This document shows, piece by piece, positions 1-10,579 of a stretch of 64,000 nt of DNA. This stretch comes from Myxococcota bacterium (GTDB lineage: Bacteria; Myxococcota_A; UBA9160; PR03): positions 1 through 64,000 of the forward strand of contig JBFIML010000021.1 in assembly GCA_041611735.1 (NCBI GenBank). Reading direction: 5' to 3'. The notes below the pieces were generated by a model, which saw only the letters and a list, made by a program, of their open reading frames with translations, was not told where the DNA came from and did not search any database. Made by a program: the position numbers and the translations under genes. Positions within the stretch are counted from its first letter, which is position 1, and every line of letters starts with the position of its first letter.

Positions 1-1
1 G

Positions 2-688
2 CTGGGGCGACCCCTCCTCCAGGTCCAGCTCCGGGTGCCACTGCACCGCCAGCACCTCGGGACGGTCCGCCAGCTCCAGGGCCTCCACCGTTCCATCCTC
101 GGCCCAGGCCACTGCCCGCAGCCCGCGCCCCGGACGGGCCACCGCCTGATGGTGCCAGGAGGCCACGTCGAGACGGGTCGCGCCGTAGATGCGGGCGAGC
201 TGGCAGTCCGCAGCCAGGCGCACCGGGTGCCGGGTGGGCTGCTCCTGGGAGATGCGGTGGGCGACGCCCTCCCCGACCACGTCCGGCAGATGCAGGTGCA
301 GGTCACCGCCCAGGGCCACGTTCAGCACCTGCATGCCGCGGCAGATGGCGAGCAGCGGGACCCGGCGCGCCAGGGCCGCCCGGGCGGCGGCCATGTCCGA
401 GGCGTCCCGCTCGGCGCACACCGAGTACTGGGCGTGATGGGCCTCGGCTCCGAACAGGCTCGGATCGATGTCGCCGCCGCCGCAGAGCAGGACCGCGTCC
501 ACCTCCGCGATCACGTCCTCCGGGTGATCGTCGCCCGGCGGGATCAGCACGGTGGCGCCCCCGGCCAGGCGCACGGCGTCCACGTAGCCCGCAGGAACGT
601 GGAAGCGCGGCCGTTCGGCGCCGTCCCGGTGATAGGTGTTCAAGGCCACCAGCGGACGTTGACGCTCCGCGCGGCGTGCGTGCCCCAC
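2..688 (-). CDS. Gamma-glutamyl-gamma-aminobutyrate hydrolase family (peptidase C26, PuuD-like); 3' end runs off the window
   Basis: Not in the ORF track. Manual translation from GTG at 688 gives ...LLCGGGDIDP...LLAICRGMQVLNVALGGDL...LAVQWHPE (class I glutamine amidotransferase Cys/His/Glu). It lies directly downstream of a GS-like gene. Confidence 0.88.
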   Translation of the reverse strand, partial: MGHARRAERQRPLVALNTYHRDGAERPRFHVPAGYVDAVRLAGGATVLIPPGDDHPEDVIAEVDAVLLCGGGDIDPSLFGAEAHHAQYSVCAERDASDMAAARAALARRVPLLAICRGMQVLNVALGGDLHLHLPDVVGEGVAHRISQEQPTRHPVRLAADCQLARIYGATRLDVASWHHQAVARPGRGLRAVAWAEDGTVEALELADRPEVLAVQWHPELDLEEGSPQ

Positions 689-690
689 GC

Positions 691-2091
691 TCAGATCCGT
701 TCGAAGTACCGCGCCCGCTCCACGTCGCTCACCGTCGCCTCCAGGGCGCGCTGCTCGCTGCGCGCAAAGTGCAGCAGGTGCTCGACGACGGCATCCCCGA
801 AGGCGCGACGGGCGAGCTCGCTCTTCTCGAGCTCGGCCAGGGCCACGTCGAGAGTGCGCGGGAGCCGGGGCAGCTCGCCGGCGCGGTAGGCGTCCCCGCA
901 GAAAGCCGGACCCGGATCGAGGCCGCGTTCGATTCCGTCGAGACCCGCCGCCAGCAGCGCCGCGTACACGAGGTACGGGTTCGCGTCGGCCCCCGGGATG
1001 CGGCACTCGACGCGCAGCGAAGGGCCGCGTCCCACCACCCGCAGGCCGGCGGTCCGGTTGTCCCAGCTCCAGGCGATGCGGGTGGGAGCGAAGGTGCCCT
1101 CCCGGTAGCGCTTGTAGGAGTTCGGGTTCGGGGCGAAGAACCAGGCCAGCTCCCGGACGTGGGCCAGCAGGCCGCCCAGGAAGCCGCGAAACAGCGGGGA
1201 CGCCTCCACCGGGGCCCCGGCGAGACGCTCCGCGCCGGGGAAGAGCGCCTCGTCCTCGGCGTTCCACAGGCTCAGGTGGACGTGCAGGGAGCTCCCGGCC
1301 AGCTGCTCGTTCCACTTGGCCATGAAGCTGACGGCCCAGCCGGCCGCCGCGGCGATCTCCTTGGCGGCCGTCTTGTAGATCACGTGGCGATCGGCCATCT
1401 CGAGGGCCGGCGCGTAGCGCAGGTTGATCTCGTGCTGGCCCGGCCCCCACTCCCCCTTGCTGAACTCGACGGGGATCGCCGAGGCGTCCACCGCACGCCG
1501 GATCGCTCCCAGCACGGGCTCCGCGTAGCTGCTGGACAGCACGTGGTAGTCCTCCACGTAGCTCCCGGCGGTCTTCAGGCCGTGCCAGCGCTTCTCGCGC
1601 GCCTGCGCGTAGCTCTCCCGGAACAGGTAGAGCTCGAGCTCGCTGCCGGCCTTGGCCACGAAGCCCAGGTCGCGGGCCCGCTCCACCTGTCGGCGCAGGA
1701 TCGTGCGCGGCGCCACCTGCACGGGCACGTCCCGCTCGGCTTCGAAGCCGTCGCACAGGACGAGCGCCGTGCGGTCGAGCCACGCCGCCACGCGCAGCGA
1801 CGCGAGGTCCGGCACGGCGTGCAGGTCCCCGTAGCCCGACTCCCAGTTGGTGAAGCTGTAGCCGGGCGTCGGGTCCATCTCCATGTCGCACGCCAGCAGG
1901 TAGTCGCACACGTGCATGCCGTGCTCGGCGACCTCGTCCAGGAAGAAGCGCGCATGGATGCGCTTGCCCACCAGGCGGCCGTAGAGGTCCGGCAGGGCCG
2001 TCACCACCGTGTCGATGCGGCCGGCCTCCACCTCGCTGCGCAGCCCCTCCAGGTCGAGCCGGCCCGGCTGCGCCCCCCCCCGGGCACTCAC
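691..2091 (-). CDS. Glutamine synthetase family protein (gamma-glutamyl-amine/polyamine ligase, PuuA/PauA-like)
   Basis: Motifs DLYGRLVGKR, ELELYLF, EWGPGQHEINL, FMAK, HVHLSL, NSYKR, DNRT and ECRIPGADANPY. GTG start overlaps the purF stop (GTGA). Confidence 0.9.
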   Translation of the reverse strand: MSARGGAQPGRLDLEGLRSEVEAGRIDTVVTALPDLYGRLVGKRIHARFFLDEVAEHGMHVCDYLLACDMEMDPTPGYSFTNWESGYGDLHAVPDLASLRVAAWLDRTALVLCDGFEAERDVPVQVAPRTILRRQVERARDLGFVAKAGSELELYLFRESYAQAREKRWHGLKTAGSYVEDYHVLSSSYAEPVLGAIRRAVDASAIPVEFSKGEWGPGQHEINLRYAPALEMADRHVIYKTAAKEIAAAAGWAVSFMAKWNEQLAGSSLHVHLSLWNAEDEALFPGAERLAGAPVEASPLFRGFLGGLLAHVRELAWFFAPNPNSYKRYREGTFAPTRIAWSWDNRTAGLRVVGRGPSLRVECRIPGADANPYLVYAALLAAGLDGIERGLDPGPAFCGDAYRAGELPRLPRTLDVALAELEKSELARRAFGDAVVEHLLHFARSEQRALEATVSDVERARYFERI

Positions 2092-3590
2092 GACCCGGCT
2101 TCCTCGGGCTCCTCGTCGGCCAGGCGCTCGGCCACCGCACGGAACAGCGAGAGCTGCGGGGGCGGCGCCTCGTCGTCCACGACGATCGGGTACTCGTCGG
2201 AGAAGCACGCATCGCAGTGACCGTGCTTGAGCTGCGCGGCCGCGCGCCGCAGCCCATCGAGGGAGAGGTAGCCAAGGCTGTCCGCCCCGAGGATCGCCCG
2301 GATCTCCTCGGGAGTGTGACGGTGGGCGATCAGCTCTTCCCGGGTGGGCGTATCGATGCCGTAGTGACAGGGCCCGATGGTGGGCGGGGAGGACACCCGC
2401 ACGTGCACCTCACGGGCGCCGGCGTTGCGCAGCATGCCGACCAGCTTGAGCAGCGTCGTGCCGCGCACGATCGAGTCTTCCACCAGCACGATCCTTCGCC
2501 CGTTCAGCATGCCCCGCACCACGTTGTGCTTGACCTTGACGCCGAAGTGGCGGATCGATTGAGCGGGCTCGATGAAGGTGCGGCGCACGTAGTGGTTGCG
2601 GATCAGGGCCGTCTCGTAGGGGATGCCGGACTCCTCGGCGTAGCCCAGGGCGGCCGCATTCCCGGAATCGAGGACCGGCACCACCATGTCGGCGGCCACC
2701 GGGTGCTCGCGGGCCAGGGCGCGGCCGAGCTCCTTGCGGAAATCGTAGACGTTGCGGCCCCAGAGCTGCGAATCCGGGCGCGCGAAGTAGATGTGCTCGA
2801 AGATGCAGAAGGCCTGGCGCGCAACCGTCGCGAAGGGCCGCAAGGTGCGCAGCCGCCCGCGCCGGATCACCACCACCTCGCCCGGGTCGATGTCCCGCTC
2901 GGTCTCGGCTCCGATCAGGTCGAGGGCGCAGGTCTCGCTGGCCACGACCCAGGCCCCGTCCAGGCGGCCCAGGGTGAGCGGGCGGAAGCCCCAGGGGTCG
3001 CGGGCGGCCACCAGCGCGTCCTCGGCGAGCATCACCAGGCTGAAGGCGCCGCGCACCCGCGAGAGCGCGTCGATCAGGCGCTCCTCCGGACTCCGCTCCC
3101 GGGAGCGGGCCAGCAGGTGGACGATCACCTCGCTGTCCGAGGTGGAGGTCAGGATCGAGCCGCGCCCCTCCAGCTCGCGCCGGATGGCCGACGCATTGAC
3201 CAGGTTGCCGTTGTGGGCCAGCGCCACGGGGCCGCCGTCGGTGGTGGCGCAGAACGGCTGGGCGTTGCGCAGCGAGCTCTCGCCCGCGGTGGAGTAGCGC
3301 ACGTGGCCGATCGCGTGGCGGCCGGGCAGGCGCTTCAGGATCTTCTCGGAGAAGACGTCGGCCACCAACCCCATGGCCCGATGCACGAAGGGCTCGCGCC
3401 CGTTCGAGGAGGCGATGCCGGCGCTCTCCTGGCCGCGGTGCTGGAGCGCGTAGAGCCCGAGGTAGGCCAGGTTCGACGCTTCCGGGTGGCCGTGCACGCC
3501 GAACACCCCGCACTCGTCGTGGAAGCGGTCGCGTTCGCGTTCGGCCGCGAGCCGGGCGAGCCCATGGGCGGCGAGCGGGGATCGGCTCAT
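2088..3590 (-). CDS. purF: Amidophosphoribosyltransferase (propeptide, Fe-S type)
   Basis: C-terminal part of ORF 2088..5705: [54 protein letters not shown] at 3590 overlaps the purL stop. Confidence 0.97.
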   Translation of the reverse strand: MSRSPLAAHGLARLAAERERDRFHDECGVFGVHGHPEASNLAYLGLYALQHRGQESAGIASSNGREPFVHRAMGLVADVFSEKILKRLPGRHAIGHVRYSTAGESSLRNAQPFCATTDGGPVALAHNGNLVNASAIRRELEGRGSILTSTSDSEVIVHLLARSRERSPEERLIDALSRVRGAFSLVMLAEDALVAARDPWGFRPLTLGRLDGAWVVASETCALDLIGAETERDIDPGEVVVIRRGRLRTLRPFATVARQAFCIFEHIYFARPDSQLWGRNVYDFRKELGRALAREHPVAADMVVPVLDSGNAAALGYAEESGIPYETALIRNHYVRRTFIEPAQSIRHFGVKVKHNVVRGMLNGRRIVLVEDSIVRGTTLLKLVGMLRNAGAREVHVRVSSPPTIGPCHYGIDTPTREELIAHRHTPEEIRAILGADSLGYLSLDGLRRAAAQLKHGHCDACFSDEYPIVVDDEAPPPQLSLFRAVAERLADEEPEEAGS

Positions 3591-5842
3591 GCTTCCTCCA
3601 GGCGCCGGGACAGGGCCCGCTCCCAGATCCGCGCCAGCCCCGTCACCTGGCGATCGATCCAGGGGGTCCCGGCGGGCGGCCCGATCACGAGCCGCTCGCC
3701 CCCGGTCTCGCCGAGGTGGCGCAGGGGCACCCGCTGGCGGGCGGCCAGCCGGACCAGCTCCTCGGCGTTCTGGCTGGCCACCACGACCCGGCCCGTCGAC
3801 TCCCCGAACAAGAGCGCCTCCGGCCGCACGGCGTCGGGGAGGCTCAGGACGGCCCCCACCCGCAGCCCCGCCGGCCCCGTAAAGGTGCACTCGGCCAGCG
3901 CCACGGCAAGGCCCCCGTCCGAGACGTCGTGGGCACAACGCACGTTGCCTGCCCCGATCGCCTCGGCGAGCAGCCGGTGCAGACGCCGCTCCGCCTCCAG
4001 GTCCACGGCGGGGGGGACCCCCGCCTCGAGCCCCCGGCGCAGGGCCAGCCACTCGCTCCCCCCCAGCTCCTCGCGGGTCTCGCCCAGCAGGCAGACCGAG
4101 AGGCCGGGCGCCGGGAAGTGCGAGACCGCATGGCGCTCCCAGGGCTCGAGCAGCCCGACCATGGCGACGGTCGGCGTCGGGTAGATGGAGCGACCGGCCG
4201 TCTCGTTGTAGAAGGACACGTTGCCGGACACGACCGGGGTGCCCAGCTGACGCGCCGCCTCCCCGAGGCCCCGCACCGCCTCCCGGAACTCCCACATCAC
4301 CTCGGGCTTCTCCGGGTTGCCGAAGTTCAGGCAGTTGGTGAGGGCCAGCGGTCGGGCGCCTGTGCAGGCCACGTTGCGGGCCGCCTCGGCCACCGCTGCC
4401 AGCGCCCCGCCGTAGGGGTCGAGCCAGCACCAGCGCGGGTTGCAGTCCACCGCCAGCGCGATCCCCTTGCGGGTGGGCGTGCCGTCCTCGCGGCGGATCC
4501 GTACCAGCGCCGCGTCGCCCCCGGGGCCGAGCACCGTGCTCCCCTGCACGAGCTGGTCGTACTGCCGCCAGACCCAGCCCCGCGAGCCCAGGTTCGGGGA
4601 GTCGAGCAGGGCCTCGAGGGCCTCGGCCAGATCCTCCTCCGGGGCCAGCGCGGCGGGGTCCAGCTTCTGGCGCTCGCGCAGGTCGGCGGGCTCCCGGGCC
4701 GGGCGGTCGAGTACCGGCGCGCTTCGCGACACCGGGTCCACCGGGATGTCCACCACCACGTCCCCGTGCCAGCGCACGCGCATGCGGCCGTCGTCGGTGA
4801 CGCGTCCCACCACCACCGCCTCGAGCTCCCAGCGCGCGAAGATCTCCCGCACGCGCTCCTCCTGACCGGCGCGCGCCACGAGCAGCATGCGTTCCTGGCT
4901 CTCCGAGAGCAGCAGCTCGTAGGGGGTCAGGTCCGCGGCGCGCTGCGGCACCCGGTCGAGATCCATCTCGATGCCCGTGCCGGCGCAGCTCGCCATCTCG
5001 AAGGAGGAGCAGGTGAGCCCGGCGGCCCCCATGTCCTGGATGCCCACGATCGCGTCGGTCCGCATCAGCTCCAGGCAGGCCTCGATCAGGCACTTCTCGG
5101 TGAAGGGATCGCCCACCTGCACCGTGGGGCGCTTGGCCTCGCTCTCCTCGTCGAACTCCGCGGAGGCCAGCAGGCTGGCGCCGTGGATGCCATCCCGCCC
5201 GGTCTTGCTGCCCACGTAGATGACGGGATTGCCGACGCCGGAGGCGCGTGCCCGGAAGATGCGGTCCGTCTCCACCACCCCGAGATTGAAGGCGTTCACC
5301 AGGATGTTGCCGCGGTAGCACGGATGGAAGGTGGTCTCGCCGCCCACGGTCGGTACGCCCACGCAGTTCCCGTAGCCGCCGATGCCGTCCACCACGCCCC
5401 GCAACAGCCAGCGCTGGCGGGGGTCTTCCAGGGGCCCGAAGCGGATCGAATCCAGCGACGCGATGGGCCGGGCTCCCATGGTGAAGACGTCGCGCAGGAT
5501 CCCGCCCACCCCGGTGGCCGCCCCCTGCACGGGCTCGATGAAGGAGGGGTGGTTGTGGCTCTCGATCTTGAACACGACCGCGAGGCCGTCGCCGATGGAG
5601 ACGGCCCCGGCGTTCTCGCCGGGGCCGATCAGTACGGCCTCGCCCTCGGTGGGAAGCGTGAGCAGGTGCCGCTTGCTCGACTTGTAGGAGCAGTGCTCGG
5701 ACCACATGACCGAGAAGATGCCGAGCTCCGGAAAGGTCGGCGCGCGCCCGAGCAGCTCAAGGATGCGCGCCCACTCCCCGTCGGTGAGCCCGTGCTCCCG
5801 AGCCAGGGCGCGATCCACCGTCGGCTCGACCCGCTGCCTCAC
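3587..5842 (-). CDS. purL: Phosphoribosylformylglycinamidine synthase subunit PurL (small type)
   Basis: [58 protein letters not shown] at 5842 overlaps the purQ stop. Confidence 0.97.
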   Translation of the reverse strand: MRQRVEPTVDRALAREHGLTDGEWARILELLGRAPTFPELGIFSVMWSEHCSYKSSKRHLLTLPTEGEAVLIGPGENAGAVSIGDGLAVVFKIESHNHPSFIEPVQGAATGVGGILRDVFTMGARPIASLDSIRFGPLEDPRQRWLLRGVVDGIGGYGNCVGVPTVGGETTFHPCYRGNILVNAFNLGVVETDRIFRARASGVGNPVIYVGSKTGRDGIHGASLLASAEFDEESEAKRPTVQVGDPFTEKCLIEACLELMRTDAIVGIQDMGAAGLTCSSFEMASCAGTGIEMDLDRVPQRAADLTPYELLLSESQERMLLVARAGQEERVREIFARWELEAVVVGRVTDDGRMRVRWHGDVVVDIPVDPVSRSAPVLDRPAREPADLRERQKLDPAALAPEEDLAEALEALLDSPNLGSRGWVWRQYDQLVQGSTVLGPGGDAALVRIRREDGTPTRKGIALAVDCNPRWCWLDPYGGALAAVAEAARNVACTGARPLALTNCLNFGNPEKPEVMWEFREAVRGLGEAARQLGTPVVSGNVSFYNETAGRSIYPTPTVAMVGLLEPWERHAVSHFPAPGLSVCLLGETREELGGSEWLALRRGLEAGVPPAVDLEAERRLHRLLAEAIGAGNVRCAHDVSDGGLAVALAECTFTGPAGLRVGAVLSLPDAVRPEALLFGESTGRVVVASQNAEELVRLAARQRVPLRHLGETGGERLVIGPPAGTPWIDRQVTGLARIWERALSRRLEEA

Positions 5843-6543
5843 CGGCCCGTTCCCCGGGCCACCGCGTCGAGCAGCGACCCGAGCACCCGCAGCCCGTCGT
5901 CGCCGCCGAGGCGCGCGTCCACGGCGTGCTCCGGATGCGGCATGAGTCCGAACACGTTGCCGCGCACGTTCACGACGCCCGCCACGTGGGCCACCGACCC
6001 GTTCGGGTTCGCCGCCTCGGAGAAATCCCCGTCCGGCTTGCAATAGCGCAGCAGCACCTGTCGGTTCGCTTCCAGGCGGGCCAGCTCGTCGGGTTCGGCG
6101 AAGTAGCGCCCCTCGCCGTGCTTGATGGGAAGCCGCAGCACCTGGCCCTCCCGCGCGCGCGTGGTGAAGAGCGTGTCGTCGCGCTCCACGCGCACGTGGA
6201 CCCAGTCGCACACGAAGTGGAGGCCGCGGTTCCGCAGCAGGGCTCCGGGCAGCATGCGGGCCTCGCACAGCACCTGGAACCCGTTGCAGGTGCCGAGCAC
6301 CGGGCCACCGGCCTCGGCGAAGCGCCGCACCGCTCCCATCACCGGCGAGAAGCGCGCCATGGCTCCACAGCGCAGATAGTCGCCGTAGGAGAAGCCCCCC
6401 GGCAGTAGCACGGCTCGAGTCCCGGCCGGAAGCTCCGCCTGGCGATGCCACACGAGACGCGCCTCGGCCCCCAGCACCGATTTCACGGCGAAGGCCATGT
6501 CCCGGTCGTCGTTCGAGCCCGGGAACTGGATCACCGCAAACAC
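5839..6543 (-). CDS. purQ: Phosphoribosylformylglycinamidine synthase subunit PurQ
   Basis: [37 protein letters not shown]. Confidence 0.97.
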   Translation of the reverse strand: MFAVIQFPGSNDDRDMAFAVKSVLGAEARLVWHRQAELPAGTRAVLLPGGFSYGDYLRCGAMARFSPVMGAVRRFAEAGGPVLGTCNGFQVLCEARMLPGALLRNRGLHFVCDWVHVRVERDDTLFTTRAREGQVLRLPIKHGEGRYFAEPDELARLEANRQVLLRYCKPDGDFSEAANPNGSVAHVAGVVNVRGNVFGLMPHPEHAVDARLGGDDGLRVLGSLLDAVARGTGR

Positions 6544-6553
6544 GGCCCCTCCC

Positions 6554-7519
6554 CTACTCGAGGCCCAGGTGCCGACGGATGCGCGGCAGCGGGGGCTCGA
6601 GCTCCGGCACGAAGGAGAGGCCGGTCAGACGCTCGTAGGTCTCGATGTAGCGCCGCGCGGCCTCGCAGCGCACCTCATCGGGCAGCGCGGGCGGCGGCCC
6701 GTCCCCCCGGTAGCCGCCCTGGCTGAGCCAACGCCGCACGTACTCCTTGTCGAGGGCCGTGGGGTCCTGCCCGGCGGAGAGCGCCTTCTCGTAGCTGTCC
6801 GCGTACCAGTAGCGGGAGGAGTCGGGGGTGTGGATCTCGTCCACCACCAGAAGCTCGCCCTGCTCCGCGAGCCCCATCTCGTACTTGCTGTCCACCAGGA
6901 TCAGGCCCTGCTTCTCCGCCCAGCGCGTGCCCTCGGCGAACAGCCGCAGGGCGATGTCGGCGGCCCGGTCGTAGAGCGAGGCCTCGGTGGCCCCGGTCCG
7001 GATCAGCTGCTCCCGGGACGTGAGCTCGTCGTGGGCACCCTTCTCGGCCTTGGTGGTGGGGGTGAGCAGCGGGGAGGCCAGCCGCTCGTGCTTGTGCAGC
7101 CCTTCGGGCAGCCGGTGGCCGCAGTAGAGGCGTTCCCCCCGCTCGTAGGCGGTCCAGATCGAGGTGGGGCTCACCCCGGTCAGATAGCCGCGCACGACGA
7201 ACTCCACCGGAAGCAGCCGGCACTCCCGGGCCACGGTCACGTTCGGGTCGGGAACCTCGATCACGTGGTTCGCAGCGATCTCACCGGTCCGCTCGAACCA
7301 GAAGGCGGCCAGCTGATTCAGGACCTGCCCCTTGAACGGAATCGTGCCGAGCACTACGTCGAAGGCGCTCACGCGGTCCGTGGCCACCAGGATGCGCCGT
7401 CCCGCCCGCACATAGCTGTCGCGCACCTTGCCTTCGATCCGGGTACCGAGCCCGGGCAGATCGGTCCGCTCCAGGGTCCGCTTGCACTGGGCCTGGAGCA
7501 CGGCGGGGTCCAGACTCAC
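6554..7519 (-). CDS. purC: SAICAR synthase (long ~320-aa type)
   Basis: [59 protein letters not shown]. Confidence 0.95.
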   Translation of the reverse strand: MSLDPAVLQAQCKRTLERTDLPGLGTRIEGKVRDSYVRAGRRILVATDRVSAFDVVLGTIPFKGQVLNQLAAFWFERTGEIAANHVIEVPDPNVTVARECRLLPVEFVVRGYLTGVSPTSIWTAYERGERLYCGHRLPEGLHKHERLASPLLTPTTKAEKGAHDELTSREQLIRTGATEASLYDRAADIALRLFAEGTRWAEKQGLILVDSKYEMGLAEQGELLVVDEIHTPDSSRYWYADSYEKALSAGQDPTALDKEYVRRWLSQGGYRGDGPPPALPDEVRCEAARRYIETYERLTGLSFVPELEPPLPRIRRHLGLE

Positions 7520-7776
7520 GGGGCCTCCTTTCTCTCGTCGAGGGCCGCGATGCGGAAGTCCTCGATCACGGGATTCGCGAGCAGCTTGGAGCCGAGCTCG
7601 CGGAGCAGGCGCTCTGCCGCGGGCCGGTCGGTCCCCTCCAGCTCGATCTCGAAGAGCTTGCCCTGGCGCACCTCGCCGACGGCGTGGTAGCCCAGCGAGC
7701 GGCAGGCCCGTTGGATGGCGCGTCCCTCCGGATCGAGCACGTCCGGCTTGAGGGTGACGAACACGGTCGCCTTCAC
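7516..7776 (-). CDS. purS: Phosphoribosylformylglycinamidine synthase subunit PurS
   Basis: C-terminus of ORF 7516..9039: [15 protein letters not shown]...VRQGKLFEI...[13 protein letters not shown] overlaps the purB stop. Confidence 0.95.
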   Translation of the reverse strand: MKATVFVTLKPDVLDPEGRAIQRACRSLGYHAVGEVRQGKLFEIELEGTDRPAAERLLRELGSKLLANPVIEDFRIAALDERKEAP

Positions 7777-9077
7777 GCCCCCGCCTCCGAGAGCGTGCGC
7801 GCGAAGATGGCGTCCACGTGCCGCAGCGCCTCCTCCAGCTGGAAGCAGCGCTCGACCTCCTCCTTGCTCAGGCTGCGGGCGATCTCGGCGTCGCCGAGCA
7901 CGCGCTCGCGGAAGTCGCCGCCGTGCTCCCAGGACTGCATGGCATGCTGCTGCACCAGGCGGTAGGCATCCTCGCGAGACCGGCCCTTGGCCGTCAGCGC
8001 CAGCAGCAAGGTGCCGCTGAAGGCGAGCCCGCGGGTCAGCTCGAGGTTGGCTCGCATGCGGTCGGCGTGCACCACCAGCGTCTCCACGAGGCCAGCGAAG
8101 CGATGCAGCATGAAGTCCACGACGATCGTCGCGTCCGGCAGGACGATGCGCTCCACGGACGAGTTGCTGATGTCGCGCTCGTGCCAGAGCGCCAGGTTCT
8201 CCAGGGCGGCAAGGGCGTGGCCTCGGACCACCCGGGCCAGCCCCGAGAGGTTCTCGAGGCGCCAGGGATTGCGCTTGTGGGGCATGGCCGAGGAGCCCTT
8301 CTGCCCCGCACCGAACTCCTCTTCCACCTCGCGCACCTCGGTGCGGGCCAGGTGCCGGAACTCGACCGCGAAGCGGTCCAGGCTCGAAGCCAGCAAGGCG
8401 AGCGTCTGGACGAAGGCGGCGTGTCGATCGCGCTGCACGACCTGGGTGGCGGCCGGCTCGAAGCCGATGCCGAGCCGCTGGCAGACGGCCTCCTCCACCG
8501 CCGGAGGCAGGTGCGCGAAGGTTCCCACGGCCCCCGAGAGCTTGCCGACGCACACCTCCTCGAGGGCGCGCTCCAGGCGCAAGCGGTTGCGCCGCATCTC
8601 GTCCCAGAAGACCAGCAGCTTGAGCCCGAAGGTGGTGGGCTCCGCGTGCACCCCGTGGGTGCGGCCGATCATGGGCGTGTGGCGATGCTCGAGGGCGCGC
8701 CGCCGGAGCGCGTCCATCACCCGGCTCACGCCCTCGAGAAGCAAGCGGCCGGCGTCGCGGAGCTGGAGGGCCAGGGCGGTGTCCAGGACGTCGCTCGACG
8801 TCATCCCGTAGTGGACCCAGCGGGCTTCGGGACCCACGCGCTCGGCGAGCGCCGTCAGGAACGCGATCACGTCGTGGCGGACCTCGCGCTCGATGGCGTC
8901 GATGCGCGCGGGGTCCACCTCCGCCTTGCGGCGGATCGTCGCCATCGCCTCCCGCGGGATGGTTCCGCGGTGGGCGAGCACCTCGCAGACGGCCAGCTCC
9001 ACCTCGAGCCAGCGCCGATAGCGGGCCTCGTCGGTCCACAAGGCCTGCATGGCTGGCCGTGCGTAGCGTCCGATCAT
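7773..9077 (-). CDS. purB: Adenylosuccinate lyase
   Basis: [62 protein letters not shown]. Confidence 0.97.
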   Translation of the reverse strand: MIGRYARPAMQALWTDEARYRRWLEVELAVCEVLAHRGTIPREAMATIRRKAEVDPARIDAIEREVRHDVIAFLTALAERVGPEARWVHYGMTSSDVLDTALALQLRDAGRLLLEGVSRVMDALRRRALEHRHTPMIGRTHGVHAEPTTFGLKLLVFWDEMRRNRLRLERALEEVCVGKLSGAVGTFAHLPPAVEEAVCQRLGIGFEPAATQVVQRDRHAAFVQTLALLASSLDRFAVEFRHLARTEVREVEEEFGAGQKGSSAMPHKRNPWRLENLSGLARVVRGHALAALENLALWHERDISNSSVERIVLPDATIVVDFMLHRFAGLVETLVVHADRMRANLELTRGLAFSGTLLLALTAKGRSREDAYRLVQQHAMQSWEHGGDFRERVLGDAEIARSLSKEEVERCFQLEEALRHVDAIFARTLSEAGA

Positions 9078-10054
9078 GGCGATCCCACGCGGAGGAAGGT
9101 GTACCCCAGCAACAGATAGTACATCACCGGGATGGCTAGCAGGTTCGAATCGATGCGATCCAGGATGCCTCCCATGCCGGGCAGCAAGCGGCCGGCGTCC
9201 TTGATCTGCGCATCGCGCTTGAGGAGCGATTCGACCAGGTCCCCGACGATCCCGGCCATGGCCAGCAGCACGGCGAAGCCGACCGCCATGCCCCAGCCGA
9301 GGCCCCGCGAGAGCTCGGGCCAGAACAGCTCGAAGCTCCCCTTGGCCGCCAGCCCGGCGGCCGTGCCGAGCACGATGCCGCCGAGCGCCCCCTCCACGGT
9401 CTTGCCGGGGCTGATGGTGGGCGCGAGCTTGTGGCGTCCCCACGCCCGTCCCGCGAAGTAGGCGCCCACGTCGCACAGCACGACCGTCGTCACCGTGAAG
9501 AGCAGATAGAACGTCCCGGCTTCGGAGTGATTGGCCGCCGCCGCCAGGGGTCCCCACTTGGTCGCCACGACGTCCGGAAAGAAGCGCAGAACCACGGCGT
9601 GGCTGAGCAGCCAGCCCACGTAGAAGACCCCGAAGAAGGTGCCCGAGATGCTGGCCAGGGCCTCGCTGATCTGGGCCTTGCCGATCTGCACCACCATCAC
9701 CACCAGCAGCACCGCCGTCATCAGGATGGTGGCGTGGTACTCGTTGCCCACGTAGGCCACCACCGGCAGGGCCGCGCCCGCGGCGAGACCGAGCCCCACC
9801 TGGGGCTGTGCGCCCTTGGCCTCGATGAGCTGGTAGAACTCGCGCAGGGCCAGCAGGACCAGCACGATGACGCCCGCCAGGAAGAACAACCCGCCGCGCA
9901 CGATGAGGTAGAGGATCGAAGGCACCAGGATCGCGGCGGAGAGCAGCCGCAGGGCCAGCTCGTTGCGCCGGGGCGCCGACGTGGGGGCCGCCGGGGTCGG
10001 GGGCCGCGGGTGGAGGGGCTCGGCGCGGACCACTTCGGCGGGCTTCTCGCTCAT
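9074..10054 (-). CDS. cdsA: Phosphatidate cytidylyltransferase
   Basis: Multi-pass membrane protein with [17 protein letters not shown] and [33 protein letters not shown]. Confidence 0.93.
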   Translation of the reverse strand: MSEKPAEVVRAEPLHPRPPTPAAPTSAPRRNELALRLLSAAILVPSILYLIVRGGLFFLAGVIVLVLLALREFYQLIEAKGAQPQVGLGLAAGAALPVVAYVGNEYHATILMTAVLLVVMVVQIGKAQISEALASISGTFFGVFYVGWLLSHAVVLRFFPDVVATKWGPLAAAANHSEAGTFYLLFTVTTVVLCDVGAYFAGRAWGRHKLAPTISPGKTVEGALGGIVLGTAAGLAAKGSFELFWPELSRGLGWGMAVGFAVLLAMAGIVGDLVESLLKRDAQIKDAGRLLPGMGGILDRIDSNLLAIPVMYYLLLGYTFLRVGSP

Positions 10055-10554
10055 GCCGATCCCGCCGGCGACCTGGCCTGCGCGCCGGCTCCGGTCGATC
10101 CGAAGCCCCCCTCCCCCCGCTCGGTCGCGTCGAGCTGCGCCACCTCGTGCCAGCGGACCCGCGCCACCGGGGCGACCACGAGCTGCGCCACCCGGTCGCC
10201 CCGGCGCAGGGTGACGGGTTCGCGGCCGGCGTTCATCAGCACCACACGGAGCTCCCCGCGGTAGTCCGCGTCGATGGTGCCCGGCGCGTTGGGAAGCAGC
10301 AGGCCGTGGCGCAGGGCGAGGCCGCTGCGCGGCCGCACCTGGCCCTCGTAGCCGACGGGCACGGCGATGCGAAAACCCGTCGGGACCACGGTCCGTGCGC
10401 CCGGCTCGATGACCACCTCACCGTCCACGGCCGCCGCCAGGTCGAGGCCCGCCGAGGCGGGCGTGGCGTAGGCGGGCAACGGCAGGTCCTCGGCACCCGG
10501 CATGCGCGCGATGCGCACACCCACCGCGTCCGGCTGCGGCACGCGCTGGCTCAC
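10051..10554 (-). CDS. dut: dUTP diphosphatase
   Basis: [39 protein letters not shown]. Start codon approximate. Confidence 0.95.
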   Translation of the reverse strand: MSQRVPQPDAVGVRIARMPGAEDLPLPAYATPASAGLDLAAAVDGEVVIEPGARTVVPTGFRIAVPVGYEGQVRPRSGLALRHGLLLPNAPGTIDADYRGELRVVLMNAGREPVTLRRGDRVAQLVVAPVARVRWHEVAQLDATERGEGGFGSTGAGAQARSPAGSA

Positions 10555-10579
10555 GACGCCGGGGACCGCACCGGCTGCC

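Noticed and set aside
2088-5705. Apparent 1205-aa PurF and other extended ORFs (954-aa PurL, 1178-aa NtrX, 507-aa PurS, 506-aa J protein, 602-aa HAD)
   Set aside because: The N-terminal extensions are off-frame readings of upstream genes. True starts overlap the upstream stop codons, so these are not fusions or frameshifts.
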